Below, in pieces: positions 29,950 through 40,003 of a DNA stretch of 64,000 nucleotides; position 1 is the first letter of the stretch, and every line of letters starts with the position of its first letter. This stretch comes from an uncultured bacterium (GTDB lineage: Bacteria > Acidobacteriota > HRBIN11 > JAKEFK01), in assembly GCA_963777505.1 (NCBI GenBank), contig CAVZQN010000003.1, positions 192,001 through 256,000 of the forward strand, given 5' to 3'. The position numbers were made by a program, and so were the translations under genes. The notes beneath the pieces are model-generated. The model saw nothing but the letters and a program-made list of their open reading frames with translations. It did no database searches and had not been told where the DNA came from.

Positions 29950-30834
29950 ATGGTTAATTTTGATAAACATTTAGGCCGTGGCGAGAAGGCCTACAACACG
30001 AAGGTTGGGGATTGGTGGCGCCAGAAATCGGAAGATCGTGCGCATAGGAATGCCTATCGCACAATTGCTCAAACGATAAAGCGCCATTTCCGCCGAATCA
30101 AACGTCAACCTGAATGGATTGTCGATTATGCAAGCGGCAATACGATGGCTTTACGCGAATTGGTCAGACTCTTTCCAAACTCACGATTTATTGCGCTTGA
30201 TGGTTCGCACAAGATGCTTGGCATTGGAAAAAAAGTGCTTCTTGATGCAGGAATCGAAGCAGATTGGACCGATCCTGAAAAAGCATTCCAATCCAGGGGA
30301 CCCCAGGTCCGTTTAGTTTGTACACCACTTCCGGAAAATAAACTTGCTTCATCCAAAGCTGATGCAGTTCTATTTTTGTTTCCTAACCTCAACTCGACGA
30401 AGAAAGGATTTCGCCGAATTCAGGAGAAATGGATTCAGGATAAAGCAGCTGAAACCGGTGCACGTTTGTTTTCCAAATTGCAGGACGAAAATGCAAAAAA
30501 GCAGCCCGATCCTGAAACTATCTATGAAGAGCTTGTTCTTTCCGGAGCTGTGACTGAAAATATTCGAAGACTTCTCAAACGCGGTTTATATTGGTTCAAA
30601 GCCGATTATTCAAATGCCTCGCGAAAAGAATTACAAAACACGGATCAATGGCAGCTCTTATTTTCAGAATGCGCGATGGACTTTCAAATTGGAAATGAGA
30701 AAAAGAAGAGTATCTTTAAATTAGTTGATAACAAGTACTATCCGTCTGCCGTAATTATGGATGTTTTTGAGCAAACCCGTGACCCATCCGACAAGCGGGG
30801 TGGTTACATGATCACTGCTTTCAAAGCCAAGTAA
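29950..30834 (+). CDS. class I SAM-dependent methyltransferase-like protein
   Basis: Degenerate motif I IVDYASGN, ALDGSHKML, DAVLFLFPN. Confidence 0.65.
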   Translation: MVNFDKHLGRGEKAYNTKVGDWWRQKSEDRAHRNAYRTIAQTIKRHFRRIKRQPEWIVDYASGNTMALRELVRLFPNSRFIALDGSHKMLGIGKKVLLDAGIEADWTDPEKAFQSRGPQVRLVCTPLPENKLASSKADAVLFLFPNLNSTKKGFRRIQEKWIQDKAAETGARLFSKLQDENAKKQPDPETIYEELVLSGAVTENIRRLLKRGLYWFKADYSNASRKELQNTDQWQLLFSECAMDFQIGNEKKKSIFKLVDNKYYPSAVIMDVFEQTRDPSDKRGGYMITAFKAK

Positions 30835-30845
30835 TTCCTAATTTG

Positions 30846-30869
30846 GTAGGGTGGCCCATGTGGCCGCCC
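30846..30869 (+). repeat. GTAG-type REP-like palindrome
   Basis: gtagggtggcc-catgt-ggccgccc in the intergenic gap. Confidence 0.6.
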
Positions 30870-30891
30870 GTCAGCAACAAGGAGTAGTCCC

Positions 30892-31572
30892 ATGAGCGGA
30901 GAAATCATCGAGTTCAAAGGAAATGGTCAACCTTATACCGGATATATTTCGCCAGCTTCGAACGGCGGCCCTGCAGTCATTGTGATTCAGGAATGGTGGG
31001 GGCTTGTAGATCACATCAAAGATATTGCTGATCGATTTGCATCTGCAGGCTTTACTGCGCTGGCTCCAGATTTTTATCATGGCAAGTCTACGAAGTCACC
31101 AGATGAAGCCGGCAAACTTTTTATGGCGCTGAATATTTCAGATGCTGAGAAAGTCCTAAAAGGCGCTATTGATGCATTGCTGTCCCATCCAAAATGTACA
31201 ACTAAAACTGCCGGCGTCGTTGGTTTTTGTATGGGTGGACAGCTTGCTTTATATGCAGCATCAAAAAATCCAGAAAAGGTTTCAGCCTGTGTTGTGTTTT
31301 ATGGAATTCATCCGAATGTAAAACCGGATTATGAAAACATTAAAGCTCCAATACTTGGATTTTTCGGTGAGAAGGATAGTTCAGTGTCTCCTGCCAAAGT
31401 GAAAGCCTTGAGTGAAAAACTGAACTCAGCCGGAAAGCAGCATCAATTTCATACTTATCCGGGTTTAGATCATGCCTTCTTCAATGACACAAGAGCCGAA
31501 GTCTACGATGCGAATGCCGCCGCAGATTCATGGAACAAAACTCTTGAGTTCTTTCGTACGAATGTGAAATAG
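30892..31572 (+). CDS. dienelactone hydrolase family protein
   Basis: IQEWWGL, nucleophile GFCMGG, FYG, D and HAFFND triad motifs. Confidence 0.95.
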   Translation: MSGEIIEFKGNGQPYTGYISPASNGGPAVIVIQEWWGLVDHIKDIADRFASAGFTALAPDFYHGKSTKSPDEAGKLFMALNISDAEKVLKGAIDALLSHPKCTTKTAGVVGFCMGGQLALYAASKNPEKVSACVVFYGIHPNVKPDYENIKAPILGFFGEKDSSVSPAKVKALSEKLNSAGKQHQFHTYPGLDHAFFNDTRAEVYDANAAADSWNKTLEFFRTNVK

Positions 31573-31576
31573 CTGC

Positions 31577-33023
31577 TTACCGGCTTGACTCGGATGCTAA
31601 ACGTCCAAGTGTGAAAAGCGCATTGTTCAATCGATCGGACCACAAGTGAGAGCAGTTTAATCGGATACAATTCCTGTAATGCTGTTTTGCAGAAAACATT
31701 GATCCCGGTGCAATGCTGATCTTTTGTGCGCGCGCTTTGTGGTACAGATTCATTGAATCAACTGATGGTGGCAATTCGACCCATAAAACATATCCACCCT
31801 CAGGACGCGTTACTTTAGTACCTTCCGGAAAATATTGTCCGATAGCTTGCGCGAAAATCTGGACTTGAGTGCTGTAAGCGCGCCTGATGCGACGCAAGTG
31901 ATGATCATATCCACCACTTTTTAGAATTTCAGCGACCGCCAGTTGCGAGAGTGTTACCGGTGAAAGAGTATTGGTCAGCTTGAGTTGCTTTACTTGTTGC
32001 AAATATCTTCCAGGAGCTGTCCAACCTACGCGAAGACTCGGGGAAATACTTTTTGAATAGGATGCGCAAAGCATCACGTTATCTTTTTTATCAAAGGCTT
32101 TACATACTTTGGGACGCTCACCCTCAAAATGTAATTCACCATAGATATCATCTTCGATGAGCGGAACATCTCTACGAGCCAGAAGTTCTACCAGATCTTT
32201 TTTCTTGCGATCAGGCATCCGACCGCCCAATGGGTTTTGGAAATTGGGCGTTACAAGACAAGCCTTTACCGAATTCTTCTTCAAAGCTGCTTCCAGCGCA
32301 TCCAAACAAATTCCTGATTGTGGACTCGTTGGAATTTCAAGCGCTTTCATTTTTAAACTTTCAATGATCTGAAGAAAACCATAATAAGTCGGCGATTCCA
32401 CCGCGATCGTATCGCCTTGTGATGCAACGGCTCTTAAGCATAGATTCACGGCTTCTGTGCAGCCGAATGTTGTGACGATATCATCACCGGTTAACGAACA
32501 ACCTTGATCAATCGAGCGTCGAGCAATTTGGTGTCTTAATTCGGGAGTACCTTGAGCAGGCGCATATAAATGATTGCTGACATCTGAATTTCGAGCGAGT
32601 GACGCAAGAATGCGATTCAATTTGCGCATAGGAATCATGTCGGGTCCGGGAACTGCGCCACCAAGCGGAATCATTTCTGGATCCAAAACAGCATCATGAA
32701 TGTTGGCCACAAGCTCGCTGATGTTGACACGCGATGCTAATGCGGGAGGGTGAAACATTGCTGGCTCGGGAGGGAGCGCGCGAGGTTTTAAGCGAACATA
32801 AAATCCGGATTGGGGACGCGCTTCAATTAATCCGCGATCTTCCAGCAAAAAGTAAGCTTGCAAAATTGTGGAAATGCTGACCTGTTCCTGATTGCTCATT
32901 CTTCGCACAGAAGGAACTTTTTCCCCAGGCCGCAAGGTCCCTTTCTCAATTAGATTCGCTGATCTTTCCGGCAATCCTTTCATATAAAAATGGTTCTAAA
33001 ACCGACGCCGTCGCTTGTTGCAT
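31577..33023 (-). pseudogene. MocR/GntR-PLP aminotransferase-domain regulator with a +1 frameshift near 32955 (probably an assembly indel)
   Basis: GGAGG RBS and ATG 33023 give MQQATASVLEPFLYERIAGKIS, which continues in another frame as LIEKGTLRPGEKVPSVR; PLP motifs IEDDIY, SYSKSISPSLRVGW. Confidence 0.85.
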
Positions 33024-33044
33024 AACAGGCCTCCATACCTACAA

Positions 33045-33058
33045 CTGTACAGGTACAG
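33045..33058. promoter_or_regulatory. candidate operator of the MocR-family regulator
   Basis: Palindrome CTGTAC-AG-GTACAG about 20 nt upstream of the regulator start. Confidence 0.5.
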
Positions 33059-33084
33059 AGTAGGATACCACAAATCTGTTATGC

Positions 33085-33885
33085 TTAGCTTTGCGTCTCT
33101 GCGGTTAGGATTTTCCCGCAGAGTTCTTTCAGAAGTTTTGCTGTTGATGCCGCAGTGATTCCGCCTACATCCTTATCTGGATTCAGCTCAACAATATCTG
33201 CGCCAATCACTTTGGCTTTCATTCGCTGGATGATTTGGACAGCCTGTCTCACGGTTAATCCGCCACCTTCAGGGTGAGAAACTCCAGGTGCGCATGAAGG
33301 ATCCAGGCCATCGAGATCGAATGAAATGTACACCGGCGTATCGAACTCGAAAACCATATTGTCCTGCCAGTCTTTCATTTCGTGGGTTTCAACACCATAT
33401 TTTCGGATTTGGTCGCGCAGATGTGTATTACTTGCGCGAATTCCTACCTGCACAAGCCTGTGAATCAACTTTTCTTCCAGAGCACGCGCGAAAGGGGACG
33501 CATGCGAGTGTGGATTTCCAGAAAAATCCTGATAAATATCAGGGTGCGCATCAAAGTGGAGCACTCCAAGTTTCGGATACTTTTTTGCAACGGCGCGAAG
33601 AACCGGATACGTGATCGAATGATCTCCACCGAGGCAAACCGGTTGCAAATTTTGATTGAGAAGTTTTGTAATCGCATTTTGAATTTCATCAAATTCATCA
33701 GGATGTTTTGGATCGAGATCTCCAGCATCGTTAATCAACCCTTTCTGACTTAAATCAATCCCGTTTTCAGTCCATGAATTCGATGATTCACTCCAAAAAG
33801 CTTCTCGAATGACTGGAGGTGCTTTCGCTGAACCTCGAATATAAGATGAATTCTTATCAAATGGCAGGCCGATAAGTCCAATCAT
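33085..33885 (-). CDS. agmatinase/arginase (ureohydrolase) family
   Basis: GGDHS, HFDAHPD, SHASPF, SFDLDGLDP..APG, DIVELNP. Confidence 0.93.
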   Translation of the reverse strand: MIGLIGLPFDKNSSYIRGSAKAPPVIREAFWSESSNSWTENGIDLSQKGLINDAGDLDPKHPDEFDEIQNAITKLLNQNLQPVCLGGDHSITYPVLRAVAKKYPKLGVLHFDAHPDIYQDFSGNPHSHASPFARALEEKLIHRLVQVGIRASNTHLRDQIRKYGVETHEMKDWQDNMVFEFDTPVYISFDLDGLDPSCAPGVSHPEGGGLTVRQAVQIIQRMKAKVIGADIVELNPDKDVGGITAASTAKLLKELCGKILTAETQS

Positions 33886-34001
33886 GGTAATTCTCCTTGT
33901 TTAAATTATCTACCGATTGCGCCGGGACTGGAAGCCGGAACACCGATTGTGTAGAATGAGGGGCTTTAAAATTATAATGACATGTATCAAGGATTGAAAT
34001 T

Positions 34002-35192
34002 ATGAGAATTATCATCAGTTCGGCAGGCGCTCAGAGCGATCTAATGTTTCTTTTTGCGTTGGCCAAAGAACTTCAACAGCGTAATCATGTTGTAACCCTG
34101 GTTGTACCTGAAAAATACAGAAGCCAAATCATGAAAATGGAAGTACGCATGGTGACTTGCGGCCGCAGTTTTGATGAATACCTGGAAGGGAATCCGGGGG
34201 AGCATCAAGATAAACTTGCAAAGGGTCTTGCTTCTCAAGTTGCGAGTCAGTTTGTTTCGTTAAGAGATGCACTTCGAGAATCGGATGCTTTTGTATCTGG
34301 CACATTTGTAATTCCTGCAGCTTCAATGGCAGAAAAATTAAATCTGCCATTCTTTCAAGTGATTCAATCCCCGTTGTTGTTGGATCCCGATCAATTTCCT
34401 TCGCAAGGAATTTCGAAAGAAAAATCGAAGGGACTTTTGAGCGGAAGAAGAATGGCGGCGCTTCGGGATGAATGGAAAGATCTGATCGGAAAAGTATTGA
34501 ATAAGGAGCGCTCCTTCGCTCATCAAGAACCAGTTTCAGACCTTTATGATCAGTTATACGCATACGGTCATCAAATTGTGGCTGTCGATCAGGAATTTTC
34601 CGAAGTACAAAAAACCTCAAATCGATCGGTCGTAGGCTATTTTGATTTTGAATCCTTCAATCAGCAGCTTCCAGGTTTACGAGAAGGCAAACAAGCAATC
34701 TTCTTAGGTCCACTCCATTTGAATCAAATTGATCGTGAACCATTTTTGCGTGAGCTCTCTTTAGCTTTGTCCAACCCTGAGTATCAATTAATCGTTCGAT
34801 CCGATTGGATCGGTGGACAAGATAAGCAGCTACCTGAGAATTGTCTTGCAATTGATCCTTTGCTAGAACCTTCTGCAATCGTGCAAGCCTCTGCCGTCAT
34901 TCATCAAGGTGCCGGTGGATATGTAATGGCTTGTGCAAGAAAAGGAATACCGCAGGTAATCGTCCCTCTTCTTACCGATCAGCTTTTTTGGGCAGATCGG
35001 GTTGCAGCATTGAAGCTAGGTCCTGCGCCTCTGGACAAAATTGATGCAAAAACAGTTGCTGCAGCTTTGATGCAAGCCTTAAAAATGAGTGAATCCTCAA
35101 TTGCTTTTGCTGAAAGAAAGAGAGATCAAAATGGAATCGTTGCTGCGGCTGATGTGATTGAATTAATTTCCAGAGAGAAGATAACCGGCTGA
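34002..35192 (+). CDS. GT-B fold glycosyltransferase (GT1/GT28-like)
   Basis: N-terminal LAKELQQRNHVV; C-terminal IHQGAGG, GIPQVIVP..DQ.FWADRV. Confidence 0.8.
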   Translation: MRIIISSAGAQSDLMFLFALAKELQQRNHVVTLVVPEKYRSQIMKMEVRMVTCGRSFDEYLEGNPGEHQDKLAKGLASQVASQFVSLRDALRESDAFVSGTFVIPAASMAEKLNLPFFQVIQSPLLLDPDQFPSQGISKEKSKGLLSGRRMAALRDEWKDLIGKVLNKERSFAHQEPVSDLYDQLYAYGHQIVAVDQEFSEVQKTSNRSVVGYFDFESFNQQLPGLREGKQAIFLGPLHLNQIDREPFLRELSLALSNPEYQLIVRSDWIGGQDKQLPENCLAIDPLLEPSAIVQASAVIHQGAGGYVMACARKGIPQVIVPLLTDQLFWADRVAALKLGPAPLDKIDAKTVAAALMQALKMSESSIAFAERKRDQNGIVAAADVIELISREKITG

Positions 35193-35933
35193 GCTTAAGC
35201 TCTTTCCATCTAATTTCAAAACTCGCAATTCGCCGGTATGCTGCGGATCTGAAAACCCGATCGCCCCTCTGCTCCGTCGAACATATCGGATTACCCAATC
35301 GTCCTGGTCAACGAACATTGGTATGACTTTGGCCCCCTTGCGTGATTCCCAGTGTGCATTAAAAGCTTTTTCATCGATTCCACAAATTTTATTTAAGAAA
35401 AATTCATTCAACTTGGATCCAACTGTATAAAGAACCGGGGTGATCTGCTCGCCGTTACTCCAATTTGTTTTGTTTCCAAGGTATATTTCTTTTAACTCTG
35501 CGCTTGTAATGTCGGTTAGAGCATTTTCAGGATTCACTATGAGAACAATTCCAGATTCCAGAGCCTTCTTCTGACTCGCTACTTTCAGTTGTAAATCATG
35601 GAATTCCTTGGCTACCGTAGATTGATCGATGCGATGAAGTGAAGCTTGCTTCAGATATTCAGCAGCCTTTGTCATCTCTCCTTTTTCGAATGCACATTTG
35701 GCGAGATAGTAATGAGGGATGTATTCAATTGTGATTGTTCCATATGGACGGGATCGGATATCAGGCTTAGGATTTTTTTGAAGTGCCGATAAAAAGAGGG
35801 CTTCTGCTTCTGCGAGCTGTCCTTTTTTTAACTTTCCCTGCGCTTTGTCATAGTCCTCATACCATGTTCCACCGATCGCATCGAAAGACAGCAGTATGAT
35901 AAAAACCAAAGAAAATGCGTATTTCACAACCAA
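35163..35933 (-). CDS. secreted TPR-like plus PstS-like periplasmic binding domain protein
   Basis: Signal peptide; N-half WYEDY...YIPHYYLAKC; C-half LIVNPEN...LKEIYLG..TNW, GAIGF. Confidence 0.7.
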   Translation of the reverse strand: MVVKYAFSLVFIILLSFDAIGGTWYEDYDKAQGKLKKGQLAEAEALFLSALQKNPKPDIRSRPYGTITIEYIPHYYLAKCAFEKGEMTKAAEYLKQASLHRIDQSTVAKEFHDLQLKVASQKKALESGIVLIVNPENALTDITSAELKEIYLGNKTNWSNGEQITPVLYTVGSKLNEFFLNKICGIDEKAFNAHWESRKGAKVIPMFVDQDDWVIRYVRRSRGAIGFSDPQHTGELRVLKLDGKSLSSAGYLLSGN

Positions 35934-36030
35934 CCATCGCTCTGAGGCGGAGCGTAACAGATCCGTAATTTTGGGTCAAATCTCATAAAGCATGATTACG
36001 ATTGGACAGATATACTTACAATTAATAAAT

Positions 36031-36489
36031 ATGCCGGAAAAAGAACCCAGGTACCCTTTAATAATGTATGACGCGAAATGCGGTTTTTGCGATCGATGGG
36101 TACAGCTTGTTTTGCGAAATGAAGGCGGAAAACCTATTTATTTTCTTCCAAGACAAAGCGCACTTGCACAAAAGCTTCGCAAAGCAAATGGCATCCCTGC
36201 TGATGCAGAGTCTATCGTATTTCTTGACCGTGATTCAGAAGGGAAAGTACAGGCATATTTGTATTCTACGGCTACCTTAAGGATTTCAAGATATTTATCC
36301 GGAATCTGGAAGATTTTGTTAATTGGCAATATAGTTCCTAAACCGATTCGCGATTGGATGTACAAAATATTTGCGCGCAACCGCTATCGCATGTTTGGCC
36401 ATTCGGATCAGTGCATTATTCCGTCACCCGAATTCCGCTCCCGCTTTCTCGAGGATGACTGGGAAAATCCTCCTCAGGAGTTAAAATAA
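36031..36489 (+). CDS. DCC1-like thiol-disulfide oxidoreductase (DUF393)
   Basis: YDAKCGFCDRWV, RDWMYKIFARNRYRMFG; start could also be 35992. Confidence 0.88.
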   Translation: MPEKEPRYPLIMYDAKCGFCDRWVQLVLRNEGGKPIYFLPRQSALAQKLRKANGIPADAESIVFLDRDSEGKVQAYLYSTATLRISRYLSGIWKILLIGNIVPKPIRDWMYKIFARNRYRMFGHSDQCIIPSPEFRSRFLEDDWENPPQELK

Positions 36490-36495
36490 AAGCCT

Positions 36496-39400
36496 ATGTC
36501 TGACATTCATGTGCTTTATATCGAAGATGATGATTCACTCCGGGCGCAGATTTCTGCCGGTCTTCGAGACCGTGGGTTTACTGTCATCGATACTGGCTCA
36601 GGTAAAGATGGATTAAGAATATTAAACATGCAGGGGGCAGATATCGTTCTCTGTGATCTCAACATGCCTGCAATGGGTGGCTTTGAAGTTCTTCAAAAGA
36701 CACGCGATAAACATCCGGATGTTCCCGTTATTATGATCACCGGTCATGGCACGATTCAGGCAGCGGTTCGTGCAATGCAAGTGGGCGCCTATGATTTCAT
36801 GATCAAACCCACTGAAATTGCAGAACTGGAAACTACAATTCGCAATGCATTGGATAAGGCCGCGTTGTTAAAACGGCTTCAGCGTTCTGAAAAAACGTTG
36901 GAAATGATCCTGGATAATGTGCCCGACATTATTTATTCACTCACTCCCGAAGGCGATTTCATTAGTCTGAATCGAGCCGGTCAGGCCATTCTTGGATATA
37001 AGACGGAAGAAATGCTGGGGAAATCTGTTTACGATGTGATTTATCCAGATGATCGTGAAAAGATTCGTGAATCTTTTCGCATTTCGATAGAAACAGGTAA
37101 ACAGCCGTATCAAACGATGGAATTTCGAATGGTAACGACGTGAGGGAGAGGTACGCCATTTTGAAGTAAGCGGCAAACCAATATTTGAAAATGGCCGCAT
37201 GGTGAGACATGACGGCATTGTCCGTGACATAACACTGCGAAGAGAAATGCAGCAAAAGCTGAAGCTTTATTCGCAAGAACTCGAACGGATGGTAAAGGAA
37301 CGAACGGAAAAGCTTGAGTTTGCCACTCAACAACTTTCTGCACTCAACGAAGTATCAAACCGATTCACGCAAATTTTCAGTGAACAAGAGTTACTGGATG
37401 AAGTTCCAAAACTTCTAACACGCAGTCTAGATTTTGACAGGGGTTATTTAGTTCTTGAGATTGATGGAAAATTCGAGATTGTTTCCTATTCGATGGAAAA
37501 AGATACACCTGAACTAGTCGAAAACTTCCTAAAACGAATCAATGATCCGAATAATGAGATACCAAAACCATTTCTTGATAGTTTTCGGGAAAACAAAACA
37601 GTCTTCATTAAGGATCTAAATACAGATCCTCGCTGGCCGAAACAGTCCGGGGAAGTTGTTCGAACCAAAGCGATGGTTGCAGCTCCGATTCGTGCGGAAG
37701 GAAAACCGATCGGTGTGATCATTGGAAATATGCAACACCACTCCCGTTTGATGGATGAAGGAGATGTCACACGCTTTGAGATGTTTGTGAATATGGTAGG
37801 CCTGGCTCTTGAAAATATTCGGGCATATCAATCCTTAGAAAAGAAGGTCATTGAGCGAACGAAAGAATTGCGCGATGCCAACCGTGAAATGCGCTTGAAA
37901 GCGGAAAAGCTCGAAAAGGCTACATTCTCTCTTGCAAACGCAAACGTTCAACTTCTCGCGGTTCAGGAACAACTTGAAAAACGCAATGCTGAACTGGAAG
38001 TTGTTTTAAAAGAACTTTCTGAAAGCAAAGGAAGCATGGAAGCGATTCTAGATTCTTCAAACAGCGCAATCCTTATGGTAAACGACGAGGGAATTGTCAC
38101 AGCATCAAATCCCTCTCTGGAAACATTTTTTGGAATTGAGAAACAAGAAATTTTGAATAAGCCGGTCCAAGTCTTCGCTGAAAAGATCAAAGACACGTTT
38201 AAGGATCCGGAGGCATATGAAGCGCATCTAAAGCAATTATTGACCAATACTTCGGAAGTTCTAGAAGTGGATATGGTTGAAGTTTACGAACAAGGATTCG
38301 AGTTAGTAAAACCAACCAATCGAATTCTTGGCGCTTTCCCGGATTCAGTGATTGATAAGGAAGGCGCGTTAATCGGTCGTGTTTGGGGTTATACAGACAT
38401 CACTGAATTAAGGAAAGCAGACGAACAAATTCATAAAATCGTAGAAGCAGCCCCGGTTCCTCTTTTTGTCAGCCGGTCTGAAGATGGAAGAATTCTTTAT
38501 GTGAATGAGAATCTTTCACAGATGATGGGTCTTTCAGTTGACGAATTAACAAAATATCACGTATACGATTTCAATCAGAGTGAAGATCAGCGGAGAGAAT
38601 TGAAACTCTTGATCGAACACGAAGGAGGAGTCCGGAATCATGAAACCTTGCTGCATAAAGCTGATGGCTCCCTCATATGGGTCTTATTATCCGTGCAAAA
38701 GACAGACATGGCTGGTGTGCCTGTTGTCATTGGTGGATTAAGTGACATCACGGAGCGCAAAGCCGCAGAAGTTGCATTAAGAGAAAGCGAAGGAAGATTT
38801 CGAGGTCTGGTTGAAAACGCAAACGACATAATTTATTCGTGCAATGAACAGAATGTGTTTACGTATGTTTCACCAAACTGGACTGATCTACTAGGCCATC
38901 CAGTTACAGAAGTAATTGGAAAAACCTTCTCTCAGTTTCTTCATCCGGAAGACCTATCAGGAGTTTTGGATTTTTTTGAAAAGGTTTGGGATACGGGTGA
39001 GAAACAAAGTGGATTTGAATACAGAATTCGACATAAAAATGGAAGCTGGCGATGGCACACCACGAGTGCTTCAGTGATCCGGAACGAGAAAGGTGAAGTC
39101 GTTACCTTTATTGGCGTTCTTCATGATGTAACTGAGATGAAAAAGGTAATGGACGATCTTGGTCTCGCAAATCGTCACCTGCGTGAGACTCAATCACAGC
39201 TCGTACAATCGGAAAAAATGGCTGCCATCGGCGTTTTGGTTGCTGGAGTTGCTCATGAAATCAATACTCCTGTTGCAGCAATTGACAGCATGCATGATAC
39301 GCAAATGAAAGCGTTGGCAAAATTAACTGGATTGATCCAGAACCAATTTCCGGAAGTGATGGATAATCCGAAAATGAAGACAATGCTAGACATTATTAAA

Positions 39401-39982
39401 GAGGGTGATCGCGTCATTGAAAGCGCGTGTGACCGCGTGACGAATATTGTGCGTAGACTCCGGAGTTTTGCCAGACTTGATGAAGCCGAATTGAAAACCG
39501 TAGACATTCATGAAGGATTGGATGATACGTTAACTTTAATTCACCATGAACTGAAGCACAGTATTAAGGTGACGAGAAATTTTGGAAGTATTCCTCAAAT
39601 TGCTGTTTATTCCGGAAGACTTAACCAAGTTTTCTTAAACATTTTGATCAATGCGCGCCAAGCAATGAAAGATGGGGGCGAAATTACAATTTCGACCTAC
39701 TCAAATGATGGAAAAGTATTCATTGAATTTAAGGATACGGGGGGCGGAATACGGCCTGAGCATCTAAAACGAATCTTCGATCCCGGGTTTACAACAAAAG
39801 GTGTGGGGGTTGGTACCGGATTGGGACTCTCAATTGTTTACCAGATTATCCAGGATCATAAAGGCGAGATTCTTGTGAAAAGCGAATTGGGAAAAGGATC
39901 AACTTTTACGATCGTCTTGCCTGACAATCTCGAAACTCTGGTTCGCAGCCCGGAAAAGGCTTCTGCATCCGCCTCCGCATAA
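36496..39982 (+). pseudogene. hybrid REC-PAS-GAF-PAS histidine kinase split by a +1 frameshift at about 37138 (probably an assembly indel)
   Basis: ORF 36496-37143 (REC and half a PAS) and ORF 37199-39982; removing one base gives EFRMVTREGEVRHFEVSGKP...DGIVRDIT; H-box AHEINTP, TTKGVGVGTGLGL. Confidence 0.88.
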
Positions 39983-40003
39983 AAAGAAGATAATTCTGAT
40001 TTC

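Noticed and set aside
37141-37143. TGA ending the REC-PAS ORF as possible selenocysteine or read-through
   Set aside because: The protein continues in a different frame and the same frame hits further stops within a few codons, so this is a +1 frameshift, not recoding.
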